NCBI GenBank assembly: GCA_030628945.1
Contig: DAOVPY010000002.1
Coordinates: 23,831 to 87,830 of the forward strand
DNA: 64,000 nucleotides
Reading direction: 5' to 3'
DNA from: Candidatus Nealsonbacteria bacterium
GTDB taxonomy: Bacteria; Patescibacteriota; Minisyncoccia; Minisyncoccales; DAOVPY01
Below, in pieces: positions 55,901 through 64,000 of the stretch. The notes beneath the pieces were generated by a model. That model was not told the DNA's origin, ran no database searches, and was given only the letters and a program-made list of their open reading frames with translations. The position numbers were made by a program, and so were the translations under genes. Numbering within the stretch: the stretch's first letter is position 1; every line of letters starts with the position of its first letter.

Positions 55901-56414
55901 ATCTTTTGCCTATTTTTACCGCAGTTAATTCCGCTTCGGCGATGCGAGTTGAGATTGCTTTTAACGGTTCTTTACCAAAAATAAGTTCCTTAAATTGTTT
56001 TTGAAATCCTTCGCCTAATTCCTCTGATGTTAATTCCTTTTTTCCTGTAATAGGCGAAGTCAAAGTCAATCCTACACTTGCTCCTGATTTTGCTATTTCT
56101 TCCTGAATGGTTTTCAGAAATCCTGTCCCGCCTTTTACTATCTTTTTAGTTACTTCGGGCATTTCTCTAATAACATCTCTTACTCTTACTTTTGGAGTTG
56201 GTTTTAACCATTCTCCCAATGTTAGCGTTGGTTTTGGCGGAGCTTCTTTCGCCATCATCTCAATTTTCTCCTCGGCCGCTTTTTTCTGAAGAGACCCTAA
56301 ACCCGCTCCCACTTCAAAAGTCATTGGTTTTTCTTCTGGTTTCTTAAACCAACTACCGACCGTTTCAACTGGCTTTTTAATTTTCCCCTTAAATTGTTGC
56401 CAAAAATTAGCCAT
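52911..56414 (-). CDS. tape-measure-like / internal virion giant protein
   Basis: 1167 aa, long Lys/Glu-rich helical stretches, Gly-rich hydrophobic segment GFGALGVGAVIGLDFTGWGAG. The C-terminus repeats LPTLPGL. Confidence 0.5.
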   Translation of the reverse strand: MANFWQQFKGKIKKPVETVGSWFKKPEEKPMTFEVGAGLGSLQKKAAEEKIEMMAKEAPPKPTLTLGEWLKPTPKVRVRDVIREMPEVTKKIVKGGTGFLKTIQEEIAKSGASVGLTLTSPITGKKELTSEELGEGFQKQFKELIFGKEPLKAISTRIAEAELTAVKIGKRYKIKPFEKYPLGFGALGVGAVIGLDFTGWGAGKSGVIKILAKMNKVDDVVKILKKVNVADDLIPSFSKVIAETNKADEIAKILNRVDEIQKTTKIKSEKIIKAAEIKPTKTLKQIIKPIEKPGEVISPTAIEAGRIKIIPTEKAALKAKLRAEARGARIGVEAGKREMRKKLLSQIADRKEIARIKQADESELKSISQKIQNKIAEILNKQKIEMATIQSDIEKGILKNIHKERGLMRTKISYQKLLGEFNQTPINEIKKEFGILKPLRKMNTTELEKILNKMKERLAFKKARGFVPKIEAIGKEAPEITEEMYEANRILKGIKEPKIERIKKAAKEPKKEIENIIGVISTRLENIDISLKRAIRRMEYEIKTKSAADKTIAKNFLEKAKPRGFLIKKGMSKTDWLELDLALKNGKQDKVFELAKKYKMENEYLKVKDTLDDLYKRANDVGYELGYEKNYWPRIIKDPEGFLEFIMKRDDWSKFDAAIKEKEMILGRVLDADEKAYLINTAIRGYGRGQVALSKTAAMKERVLDFISPELNQFYLESDKTIISYIDQVNDAIEARKFFGKHIITDVEGGLHIDNSIGAYVMDLMAKGKITVAQEKELTSILRARFNPGKMGRVVGPIKNLSYITVMGSPYNAITQIGDLAFSIYSGGLIRTITGLPRIIIGKAKIKKADLGIERIASEFADASKGSQAVNKTFKIIGLDKIDAIGKESLINSTIRRLQHQSKNIQKYKKFMKELTDVFGDKTDDIIRDLQRGEITDDVKYLAFNKLLDFQPVALSEVPEQYLKSGNGKIFYMLKTWTIKMMDIYRREAISKMTKKETFVEGFSNFLKLTAALVACEATADEIKDIILGREMKLSDRVIESTAKLFFASKWERRELAEQGLGARVAGEILPPTNVVDDVWKDLTKVWKNPDECFDVNDMRTVQNIPIGGKLYYWWFGKASKYKEKKSGKLPEEFKKLELELPTLPGLEKKKTMGELFSPSLPTLPGL

Positions 56415-56458
56415 ATCTAAAAAAGATAAATAAAATAAAACTTCTAATCCTCGGTTTT

Positions 56459-57688
56459 TTACTTAATTCCTGGTAATCTGTGCCAAATTTCGCTTAAAAA
56501 ACCTTTTTTCTTTTTTCCGTAAAATTTATCTAATGCCATTTCTACCTCTAACGGAATTGGTTTCTCTGCTTCTTTATACATATTTTCAATATCTTTCCTG
56601 GTCTTACCATAATCAAAATACTCTTTTATCATCTCGTCTGCGATTTCCTCCGGCGTTTTTTCCTCTGCTTTTTCTTTTTCAAAAATATCAGATAATACTT
56701 TTTGTGCTTCACTTTCTGGCATTCCAATCAATCCATACTTTGCAGCCCACTCACTCCAGCCAACTGTTTTTTCCGGTTCTGGCTTTTTTGCCTCCGCCTC
56801 TCTTAACGCCATTAACCTTTCGTCAAGCCCAAATCCTTTTTCCCATCTCTCCGTTTTTTCTTCCTCGCTCAATTCTTTAATCAATGCTGTCTGATAACTT
56901 TTTACTAAACCACTTAATCGTTTTTCCTCGCTTTCCCAATAAGTATATTTGGTGCCGGCGTCTTTCATTCCATATCCAACCTTTCTGGTTACCTCGTCTA
57001 TGCCGGTATTGTATTGACTGGCTAAGGTATTTCTCTGGTCTATGAGCCGATTTAAATCAGCTGTCGCAGCATCTACTTCTTCTTTCTTTCTTCCCTTAAT
57101 CATCCATTGAGGAATTGGCTTGCCCATTTCGTCAAGCAACATCTTATCTCTTAAAGATTTTCTATTTGTAATATCTGTATCAATTCCAGCAATTTTGGTT
57201 TTCGTATCTCCTAATCCAACCTTGCCATATTCGTCTTCGTAAAGGCTCACCTGTAGTCCGAGCATTTCATCGTAGGCGCTTTTTTTCTCTGTTCCTGCCG
57301 TGGCTAAATCGGTCTGAATTTTACTGTAATTGTAAATATCAGTCGGCTTGCCCGGTTCCGCTATTTCTTCCTTCTGAAATTCGTCCACACCTGCCCCCAC
57401 GGGGGCTTTCGGCTCTTCTAAGGCATACAATCCTCTTCCCGCGGCCTCACCCCCTAATTGAGCGCTAATCTCCTCAGCTCGTTTCACTGGCTCTGTTTTC
57501 AACGGCACTTCACCCGTTCTCGGTATTCCCGGCCCAACAACCCCCGGGATAGGCGTGTAATGAGTAACTGAAAGGGGTTTAGGTTTCAGCGCTACCTCTT
57601 GTATCTTCGGTCGAGCCAAAAACTCAGCCAGAGTTCCCGGTTGTGGTTTCCTATATTTTGGTTTGAAATAATCAGTTAAAAATGCCAT
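56459..57688 (-). CDS. phage hypothetical protein (409 aa)
   Basis: Pro/Gly-rich N-terminus, then a charged helical region. Lies in the structural block. Confidence 0.5.
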   Translation of the reverse strand: MAFLTDYFKPKYRKPQPGTLAEFLARPKIQEVALKPKPLSVTHYTPIPGVVGPGIPRTGEVPLKTEPVKRAEEISAQLGGEAAGRGLYALEEPKAPVGAGVDEFQKEEIAEPGKPTDIYNYSKIQTDLATAGTEKKSAYDEMLGLQVSLYEDEYGKVGLGDTKTKIAGIDTDITNRKSLRDKMLLDEMGKPIPQWMIKGRKKEEVDAATADLNRLIDQRNTLASQYNTGIDEVTRKVGYGMKDAGTKYTYWESEEKRLSGLVKSYQTALIKELSEEEKTERWEKGFGLDERLMALREAEAKKPEPEKTVGWSEWAAKYGLIGMPESEAQKVLSDIFEKEKAEEKTPEEIADEMIKEYFDYGKTRKDIENMYKEAEKPIPLEVEMALDKFYGKKKKGFLSEIWHRLPGIK

Positions 57689-57689
57689 A

Positions 57690-57905
57690 TTATTTTTGTG
57701 GTTGTTTCGCTAATTTAATCTTGCCCGTCTTAAGGTCTATTTCGTAGTTTTGATTCATATCTAAAGAATAACGAGGGAGCAAATTTTTAATATAAATCTG
57801 ATTTTGAATTTCTAAAGCCTGAGAAATCAAGATATGCTGATTTATCAAATCAGCTCTTTTTTTTAATTCTTCTAAATCTTCTGATTTTAATTTTTTCTCA
57901 AACAT
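57690..57905 (-). CDS. phage hypothetical small protein
   Basis: 71 aa. Its stop is adjacent to the next gene's start. Confidence 0.4.
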   Translation of the reverse strand: MFEKKLKSEDLEELKKRADLINQHILISQALEIQNQIYIKNLLPRYSLDMNQNYEIDLKTGKIKLAKQPQK

Positions 57906-57978
57906 AATTTTGATTTGATTTATTGACTTAATTCGACGTTTAATTTGACTTATTTTTTAATTAAGTTATCATTTAATA

Positions 57979-58533
57979 ATGGACACAAAATCTTTAATCA
58001 GCGGAATTTTAATCGGGGCTATTGCTATTCCTACCTTAGGAATGGCCGGCTCATTTACCAGTTCTCTCATTGCCGGTAAAACTCCCGCTGAAGCTGTAGA
58101 AATCCTCGCCACTCGGATTGACACTCTCATCGGCCGGGTTGAAATTGTTGAGACCAAACAGACAAAAACCGAATTGTGGCAAGAAAAAGAAGATGCGTGT
58201 AATAAGGCAAGAGACTTTTTGACTGAAAATATGCCTACTGGATATAAATGGTTTTTAGACACAATTTCTCGTCGAGAAAGAGGTATTATGGGAACTGAAT
58301 CTCAAATTAGTCTTCTAATCTGTCAAGGATTTGTGAAAGAAGAAGAAGATTGCAAAATCGGAGAAGTAAATTGTAAAGGCAAATGCATAACAGTTGAAGA
58401 TAGAAAAAATTCGCAAACATACTTAGAAACAAATGCTAAACCAGAACTTTCAAGACTTATTTCTATCAAAGAACAATATTTATTGCTTAAACAGAAATGT
58501 GATGATTTAACCGACCAATATAATTCTTTATAA
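57979..58533 (+). CDS. opposite-strand membrane-anchored Cys-containing protein (moron candidate)
   Basis: 184 aa. N-terminal TM (GILIGAIAIPTLGMAG). Followed by its own hairpin terminator. Confidence 0.55.
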   Translation: MDTKSLISGILIGAIAIPTLGMAGSFTSSLIAGKTPAEAVEILATRIDTLIGRVEIVETKQTKTELWQEKEDACNKARDFLTENMPTGYKWFLDTISRRERGIMGTESQISLLICQGFVKEEEDCKIGEVNCKGKCITVEDRKNSQTYLETNAKPELSRLISIKEQYLLLKQKCDDLTDQYNSL

Positions 58534-58561
58534 AAAGAACTAATCTTTAATTTTATTTTCT

Positions 58562-58586
58562 GTCGCTCTTTATGAGCGATTTTTTA
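58562..58586. terminator. bidirectional hairpin between convergent genes
   Basis: gtcgctc-tttat-gagcgat followed by tttttattt. Confidence 0.6.
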
Positions 58587-60035
58587 TTTGAGCTCTAAAT
58601 TTTCAACTTTTTCCAAAATCTCTTTTTGACCCTTGATCAACATTCCAATAACTGGTTTTAAATCTATGCGTTTTTTATTCTTTTTCCCGGATATCTCCAA
58701 CTGAAATTCTTCTGGGAAAGCACGAGTATTAAAACAAAGTCCTTCTTTCTTCAATATCGTTGGTGCTTTTATTTTCTTTAATTGTTCAATTCCCGAAGCA
58801 AAAGTAGGAATAGGAGAGCCAGCATTTCTCTCATCGTAATAACATAAATCTCTAAAGTTGTTATCGCCGTCAGCACATCTTGGTCTTCGTTTGTTAGGCG
58901 TTGCTTCCCAATTCTGAAAGAACATTTGTCCACAATATTTATTAGCTGTTGGGTCGGAACTAAGATAATTCAACCTTATTCTTGTTAGAAATTTCGTTTG
59001 ATAAGAATAAAAATCCTGAAGTGCAGTAGCTCCGTGATAAATTTTTCCATAAGAAGAATTAAATTTTAAATATTTTAAAAATACATCTCTCCAATAATAA
59101 ACAGAAGTGCCTAAATCATAAGATACAGATACTCCAGGTATTAAGTTAACAGCTGACATATTACAATCATTTGAAGCTAAAAATCTCGCGTTTCCATTAT
59201 AAGAAAGACCTACTCCACTTGGTCCATTTAATAATAACTGACCCGCTCCACTATCTGTTATCCAACTTAATAGCGAATTTGCTGCATTCCACCATGTTAA
59301 ATAATGATGATAACCCGCATGTTTTAGTTCTACTCGAAAATTTCCATCTGGCGCGGTTTGCATCTTTATAGCCGTCAAAGTTCCAACAGTGATTTTATTA
59401 GCGTTTAAATCATTTGCTATTTTTAAATTGGTGACTTGTGCATCTCCAATTTTGGCTGTGGTGATAATCGCATTTTTAATCTGGGCTGATAAAGTAATAA
59501 GCTGTCCTGTGGTCACCTTTGCCGATGTCACGGCGTAAGCGTCTATCTTCTCGGTTGTAATTGCCCCTGATAATATTTTTATGGCTGTCACTGCTCCTGT
59601 CGCGATTTTCCCGGCATCTATTGCTCCTACTTGGATTTTTGGCGTGCTTATGGCAAGATTACCAATTTTAGTTTCAGTAATCGCTCCAGCCGCTATTACA
59701 GCGCCCTGGATAGCATTCACAGCTATCTTAGCGTTTGTTACTGCTTGGCCGGCCAATTTTATTTCAGTTACCGCTCCATCAAAAAGATATTTATTGATTG
59801 CTCCCTCCGGTAAGTCATCGGAATCGTGATTTGCCAAATTCATAGCGCCGCTTTCTATTCCTGCCAGTTTTACTCCCTCTATCTTATTAATGTCTTTTAA
59901 CTCTTCCGGCTTCACTAAAAGGTTTTTATAAGAAATCAATTTCGGAAAAGGTTTGTCCTCAATCGACCAGTCCGGGTAATAAACTTTATTTTTTTCTTCT
60001 TTTGACATATTTAATAATCTCTTATAATGGTTCAA
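58584..60035 (-). CDS. tail-fibre-like protein with short periodic repeats
   Basis: Run of GA(V/I)T..KI-type repeats (AVTNAKIA, AITETKIG, AIDAGKIA, AVTAIKIL, AITTEKID, AVTSAKVT...), then a globular C-terminal domain. Confidence 0.6.
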   Translation of the reverse strand: MNHYKRLLNMSKEEKNKVYYPDWSIEDKPFPKLISYKNLLVKPEELKDINKIEGVKLAGIESGAMNLANHDSDDLPEGAINKYLFDGAVTEIKLAGQAVTNAKIAVNAIQGAVIAAGAITETKIGNLAISTPKIQVGAIDAGKIATGAVTAIKILSGAITTEKIDAYAVTSAKVTTGQLITLSAQIKNAIITTAKIGDAQVTNLKIANDLNANKITVGTLTAIKMQTAPDGNFRVELKHAGYHHYLTWWNAANSLLSWITDSGAGQLLLNGPSGVGLSYNGNARFLASNDCNMSAVNLIPGVSVSYDLGTSVYYWRDVFLKYLKFNSSYGKIYHGATALQDFYSYQTKFLTRIRLNYLSSDPTANKYCGQMFFQNWEATPNKRRPRCADGDNNFRDLCYYDERNAGSPIPTFASGIEQLKKIKAPTILKKEGLCFNTRAFPEEFQLEISGKKNKKRIDLKPVIGMLIKGQKEILEKVENLELK

Positions 60036-61608
60036 AATAATTATTGATAAACAAAATTTCAGGCGTAAAATTTCCCGAAGAATACAATTTCAAACGAACT
60101 TCGTAAACCTCGCCTTGTCCTTCTAAATCAAAAATTGCTTTTGTTTCTCCAATAATTGTATATGCCTTTCCGCTGCCTGTTGTTCCTTTATAAGCTCTTG
60201 CAAGGGTTAATTCTGTAGCAGAGACCACTGCCTGAATCTCATATGGTTTGTCATCTTCATCAACCTTGAATTTTCTTCCCACCATTGACGAATCCCATGA
60301 TGTTTCGGATCCCATTACCGTAACCAAATTATTAGTGACTGAAACCGTCCCTGCCTTATAATCGTCTTTATCAAAAACATCTGATTCGTCCTGCATTGCG
60401 GTTTCTAAATAATCTCCTATTCCATTGACGCGGTATTCAACCTTAACCGAACAGCCTAATGGTAAGGGTTTAGTAAGTATTTTAATGTGCCGGAATAAAG
60501 AATCTTTGTCAGCCTTAAATTCTAAAGATTCGTAAACCGCTTCGGCTTTATTGTCAGGGTCAATGTTATCTAATCCATAAGTTTCTCCATCCTTCCACGC
60601 CACAAGAAAATCATCGCCCCTGCCTAATATCGCCCCAATTTCTATGCTCTTTGAATCTATATTCGCTATGGTTATAGGTGAAGGTGTGTATTCCGCATTC
60701 AAGACCATTGGATAATTTTTATTTCTCTGATGATAAGAATAAACAAAGTTTATCCCGCCAAAAAGCATTTTTCCTTTCCAAACGTCAATTGCTCCCTGTC
60801 TAATTTGTGATGGTAATTCTCTTGCTTTATCTGTTACTCCCTGGCTAAACCAATATAATAATTCACCGGCAAAAATAAAAGTTGTCCCAATTGCTTTTAA
60901 GAAAGCGTTAATATCTCGTTCCTCCCAACCTTCCACCGGATCGTATGACTCAGAGGTTAAATCCCAGGTGACCATTTCTGCTTTCTCGTAATTTTTTGCT
61001 CCGATTAAAAGATTCGGTTTGTCCAAATCTAAGCATTGAATTTCCCAACCATAAAATAAATCCAATGCTTGATTATTCCACACTTCGCCGGCGCTTAAAG
61101 TGGCCACGTATCTCTTATTTCCAATACACATTAAATCTGATTTAGGAACAATAAAAATCGGATGTTTAGTATAGGAATATAATGTCTTCCAATTCGGTAA
61201 TGCATCGGCATTCCAATCAGAAGAAGTTTCAATGCATCTACCCAATTTTGTGGCAGTTGTAAAATAAAGATATCCATAAAAATATTCGGCATCTAATATT
61301 GCTCCGTTCGGATTGGTATAAACCTTAGTGACGGTTTCATTAACTATTTTGTAAACATTACCGGCATCTCCAAATCCATAAGACTTAGTGGCCGTAACTG
61401 GCACGGTTTTAATAATTAAATCCGTCACTTGATGATCCCCTGAATCTGGCGAAATCTTTTTCAATCTTTGATTCGCCGAAAGTGTGTTCGCATTCTTTTT
61501 ATGAATATTTAATCCCCACCCATTTTTAAATGAGCCTGGCACTCCCCGACCACCTTCGGAACTTTTTCCTCCGCAAAAATTATTGATTATAAAATTTGGC
61601 AATTGCAT
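60022..61608 (-). CDS. phage structural protein (528 aa)
   Basis: Overlaps the fibre gene start. Aromatic-rich and beta-rich in appearance. No motif recognised. Confidence 0.5.
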   Translation of the reverse strand: MQLPNFIINNFCGGKSSEGGRGVPGSFKNGWGLNIHKKNANTLSANQRLKKISPDSGDHQVTDLIIKTVPVTATKSYGFGDAGNVYKIVNETVTKVYTNPNGAILDAEYFYGYLYFTTATKLGRCIETSSDWNADALPNWKTLYSYTKHPIFIVPKSDLMCIGNKRYVATLSAGEVWNNQALDLFYGWEIQCLDLDKPNLLIGAKNYEKAEMVTWDLTSESYDPVEGWEERDINAFLKAIGTTFIFAGELLYWFSQGVTDKARELPSQIRQGAIDVWKGKMLFGGINFVYSYHQRNKNYPMVLNAEYTPSPITIANIDSKSIEIGAILGRGDDFLVAWKDGETYGLDNIDPDNKAEAVYESLEFKADKDSLFRHIKILTKPLPLGCSVKVEYRVNGIGDYLETAMQDESDVFDKDDYKAGTVSVTNNLVTVMGSETSWDSSMVGRKFKVDEDDKPYEIQAVVSATELTLARAYKGTTGSGKAYTIIGETKAIFDLEGQGEVYEVRLKLYSSGNFTPEILFINNYFEPL

Positions 61609-61633
61609 TTTACTTTATTTTTTAATTATGTAT

Positions 61634-62293
61634 TCAATCCCACCTTGAACATTTTGCTTGGCCGATAAAGCCCCCTGCCGGTTCCTCTTCTTCTCTGGCA
61701 ATCATTCTGGCTAATATCCCTCCCGATCCTTCTATTCTTGGGTTAGCTGGCGCCTCTACCTCTCTTCTTTCATCTAACGCTCCATTTCTCTTCCTTGCTT
61801 TTTGAAGACAAGTCGCAAAAGCCAGTTTCACAATTGACTCATCAAGTTCGCTAGGCGTCACTGGTTCGTCATTGTTATCTACTAATTTCTTCCATTTTTT
61901 AATTCCCCAAATATCTATTACTAAATCCGCTTCGCTGGGAGTTGGGCCAATAAAGTAAAATCCATTATGGGAACAAAAAACTTTCTTTGTGCTTTCGTTT
62001 ATCCGACAGGCCTGATAATCACTCCATTTTTTAATCTTAGTATATTTTTTGCTGTCAACTTCTAAATGATAAATGCTGTTTTCTTGAAACTCGTCGGGGT
62101 AATCATAATATTCACCATCAACCTTTGTCTTTGTAAATTTCGCGTATTCTAACGCTTTCCAATTATAATAATTGCACACTCTTTCGCCTGCATTATTAAG
62201 CCATTGTTTTTTCATTGCTTCGTTCCAGAAACCCGAAATCTTAGCCGCAGAGATTCTATTGTTTAACTCCGTAAGGAATTCGCTTAGTTTCAT
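61634..62293 (-). CDS. phage hypothetical protein (219 aa)
   Basis: Lies in the structural block. No motif recognised. Confidence 0.5.
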   Translation of the reverse strand: MKLSEFLTELNNRISAAKISGFWNEAMKKQWLNNAGERVCNYYNWKALEYAKFTKTKVDGEYYDYPDEFQENSIYHLEVDSKKYTKIKKWSDYQACRINESTKKVFCSHNGFYFIGPTPSEADLVIDIWGIKKWKKLVDNNDEPVTPSELDESIVKLAFATCLQKARKRNGALDERREVEAPANPRIEGSGGILARMIAREEEEPAGGFIGQAKCSRWD

Positions 62294-62298
62294 ATTTT

Positions 62299-64000
62299 TT
62301 AAAAATATTTATTTTGATAAAATGTATTTCGTTTGGAATATTTATTTTGATAAAATGTATTTCGTTTGGAATATTTATTTTGATAAAATGTAGGCACTTT
62401 AATCCGGTCCGCTCCCACTCCTGCCTCCTGGATTAAAATCTTGGCTAAAATTTCCGCAATCACATCTACTCCGGCCCCGCTATCAATCAAATCCACAACG
62501 CCTTTCATTACTACTTGGTCCGCTCCCGCGCCAGTATCTTGAAGCAATAACTTTGCCACAATAAGTTTAATAATATCGTTTCCTACTCCCTGGTCATCTA
62601 TATCTACCAATCCCAACATTTCTGCTGTATCCTGCCCTACTCCGCTATCTTCAATTTTTAGTCCAGATTTTATGCCAATCACCTCCGCTCCTGCTCCTGC
62701 TTCGATTAATAATAATTTCGCTTTAATGGCAGAAATTAAATCTGCTCCTATTCCTGAATCCTGAATTGCTTTTACTAATTTTATTTCCAAAAATGTTTCA
62801 TTTCCTATACCCGAATCTAAAATTGACTTCGCGTGAATTTTTAATATTGCGTCAACTCCACTCCCTTGATCTGCTATCGGTATTTTTCCTGTAATTAATG
62901 CTATTAAATCTACCCCTGCCCCACTCTCCGTTAAATTGAATTGTGCTTTTATGCCCGACATATCTGATCCCTGTCCTGTATCTTGTAAAGTTAATTTATT
63001 TACTATTGAAAGCGCATCTGCTCCAGAACCTAAATCGGAAACTTCTTTTTGGGTTATTATTGTATAAGTCACGCTCAAATAAGGGTCAGAACCAGTATTA
63101 GCGTATTCAGAAGACCTAAACGCCATATTTAATTTACAAACAGAAATATAAGTATCTCCTATATCCCACTCAACATCACGAATGCCGAATGCTGTCCATC
63201 CTGTTTTGTTAATCGCGTTTCTTCCTGCTTCATTAAGAACCCAAGCTACTTCAGTGCCAGCACTAGCCCAATCACTACCTAATCTATCAGTAGCCAAAGC
63301 TGTGCTTCCAAATTTAGTTCTATCCCAATCTCCTACAGCTAAAACAGTGTTAGATGTTCTTGTATGAGCCAATAGGCGGAAATAAGATGTCATTGCTCCT
63401 GATGCTGTTAGATATGCAGTAGAATGAAAAGTAGCCGCAGATATAACAGCACTATCATCTAATCCCGAAGTATCAAAAGGAAATGAAGACCTTACTAATC
63501 TACTACCTCCCAAATCTCCTATAACAACTTCCCAGTATGCAGCAGTGTATTGAGCCCACTCAGAACTGACGGCAGCCACAAGTGTATGCCACGCAGCTTC
63601 GTCCGCAATATTATATTTTCCCATACGCCCATCTCCTGCCCCAGCAAAATAACTTGTAGTAGTATCTGTTCTTATGGGATAAATCGCTTTTTCTAAAAAC
63701 TCTCTTGGTATTCGTTTAATCATCTTTCCTGCTAAAAATTCCATTTCAATGTCTAAGCTTCTTCCCCCATTTTCTTCCCAAACTCTTGCATTTCTAAAAT
63801 GAATATCTTTTTCTTGAAATCTCTGGTCTATTTTTTTAATAAAAGAACTATTTGTATCAAATTCTATTTCAAAGAAATCGCCTGTAAATTCGGGTTTCTT
63901 TTTAATTATTATTTCTTTTCTGAAAGAATTATATCCACAGGATAATTGAAAATCTATATTCGGTGCTATTTCGGAATAAGTAATTTGACAATGTTCAGTT
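62299..64000 (-). CDS. phage structural repeat protein, N-terminus beyond window
   Basis: The track starts at Met 63744, but the same frame stays open to base 64000 (own translation ...TEHCQITYSEIAPNIDFQLSCGYNSFRKEIIIKKKPEFTGDFFEIEFDT...LDIEMEFLAGK). Confidence 0.7.
   Translation of the reverse strand, partial: TEHCQITYSEIAPNIDFQLSCGYNSFRKEIIIKKKPEFTGDFFEIEFDTNSSFIKKIDQRFQEKDIHFRNARVWEENGGRSLDIEMEFLAGKMIKRIPREFLEKAIYPIRTDTTTSYFAGAGDGRMGKYNIADEAAWHTLVAAVSSEWAQYTAAYWEVVIGDLGGSRLVRSSFPFDTSGLDDSAVISAATFHSTAYLTASGAMTSYFRLLAHTRTSNTVLAVGDWDRTKFGSTALATDRLGSDWASAGTEVAWVLNEAGRNAINKTGWTAFGIRDVEWDIGDTYISVCKLNMAFRSSEYANTGSDPYLSVTYTIITQKEVSDLGSGADALSIVNKLTLQDTGQGSDMSGIKAQFNLTESGAGVDLIALITGKIPIADQGSGVDAILKIHAKSILDSGIGNETFLEIKLVKAIQDSGIGADLISAIKAKLLLIEAGAGAEVIGIKSGLKIEDSGVGQDTAEMLGLVDIDDQGVGNDIIKLIVAKLLLQDTGAGADQVVMKGVVDLIDSGAGVDVIAEILAKILIQEAGVGADRIKVPTFYQNKYSKRNTFYQNKYSKRNTFYQNKYF
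62304..62392. repeat. 33-bp tandem repeat, about 2.7 copies
   Basis: The unit aatatttattttgataaaatgtatttcgtttgg is repeated head to tail. It encodes TFYQNKYSKRN x3 at the C-terminus of the repeat protein. Confidence 0.95.

Larger units (their letters stand above)
49654..64000. mobile_element. prophage-like region, right end beyond window, left boundary uncertain
   Basis: Tyrosine integrase, Cas4-like nuclease, holin/lysin cassette, tape-measure-like giant protein, fibre and repeat proteins. Almost all genes are on the minus strand. Confidence 0.7.

Noticed and set aside
62304-62392. Possible CRISPR array
   Set aside because: The repeats are contiguous with no spacers and lie inside a coding region. 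The two copies of the 115-bp element (20834, 26405) are 5.5 kb apart and are not an array. I saw no cas genes other than a lone Cas4-like nuclease.
58584-64000. Diversity-generating retroelement targeting the fibre or repeat proteins
   Set aside because: No reverse transcriptase ORF and no template/variable repeat pair are visible in the window. An RT beyond 64000 cannot be excluded.
63753-64000. Separate upstream minus-strand ORF ending at the TAG at 63753-63755
   Set aside because: That frame has multiple stops between 63756 and 64000. The frame of the 62299..63744 ORF is the one that stays open to the window edge.

Overview
AT-rich bacterial chromosome fragment. Its gene content and style suggest a reduced-genome Patescibacteria/CPR-type organism. 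This is inferred from content only: compact overlapping operons, archaeal-type PyrH, short PheS and AspRS plus GatCA, an [FeFe]-hydrogenase, and long ORFs under the standard code. Bases 1-30000 are mostly core genes: an aminotransferase/PyrH/COG2403 cluster, rnhA, gatCA, three tRNAs, aspS, envelope genes (dac-like, Ldt, mraY), a thyX-like/PP-loop/dCMP-deaminase group, secE-nusG-rplK, gyrB, pheST, and the division cluster mraZ-rsmH-ftsL-ftsI-murF-like-nagZ-like. Bases 30191-35394 hold a six-gene operon built around a CetZ/tubulin-like GTPase and a membrane-anchored ClpB-like AAA+ protein. I cannot place it in any described system and rank it the best candidate for something new. Next come tRNA-Val and a translationally coupled nuoF-like/hydA/membrane-protein operon. 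After that is a ~5.1 kb restriction-modification islet (fused two-domain methyltransferase plus two PD-(D/E)xK proteins). It is bracketed by 31-nt direct repeats that duplicate the 5' end of the nuoF-like gene. Then follow an orphan HATPase/STAS-like pair, tRNA-Cys and tRNA-Ile, and a LAGLIDADG-like ORF. From about 49.6 kb to the window end lies a prophage-like block with a Cas4-like nuclease, integrase, lysis cassette, tape-measure-like protein, fibre and repeat proteins. A recurring sequence-level theme is short GC-rich hairpin-forming segments. Some are intergenic and some sit in-frame inside conserved housekeeping genes (gatA twice, aspS, pheT, the COG2403 gene, the PP-loop gene). Two longer palindromic repeat elements are also present. 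No rRNA, CRISPR array or reverse transcriptase was seen. All functional calls rest on motif reading by eye; no database search was possible.
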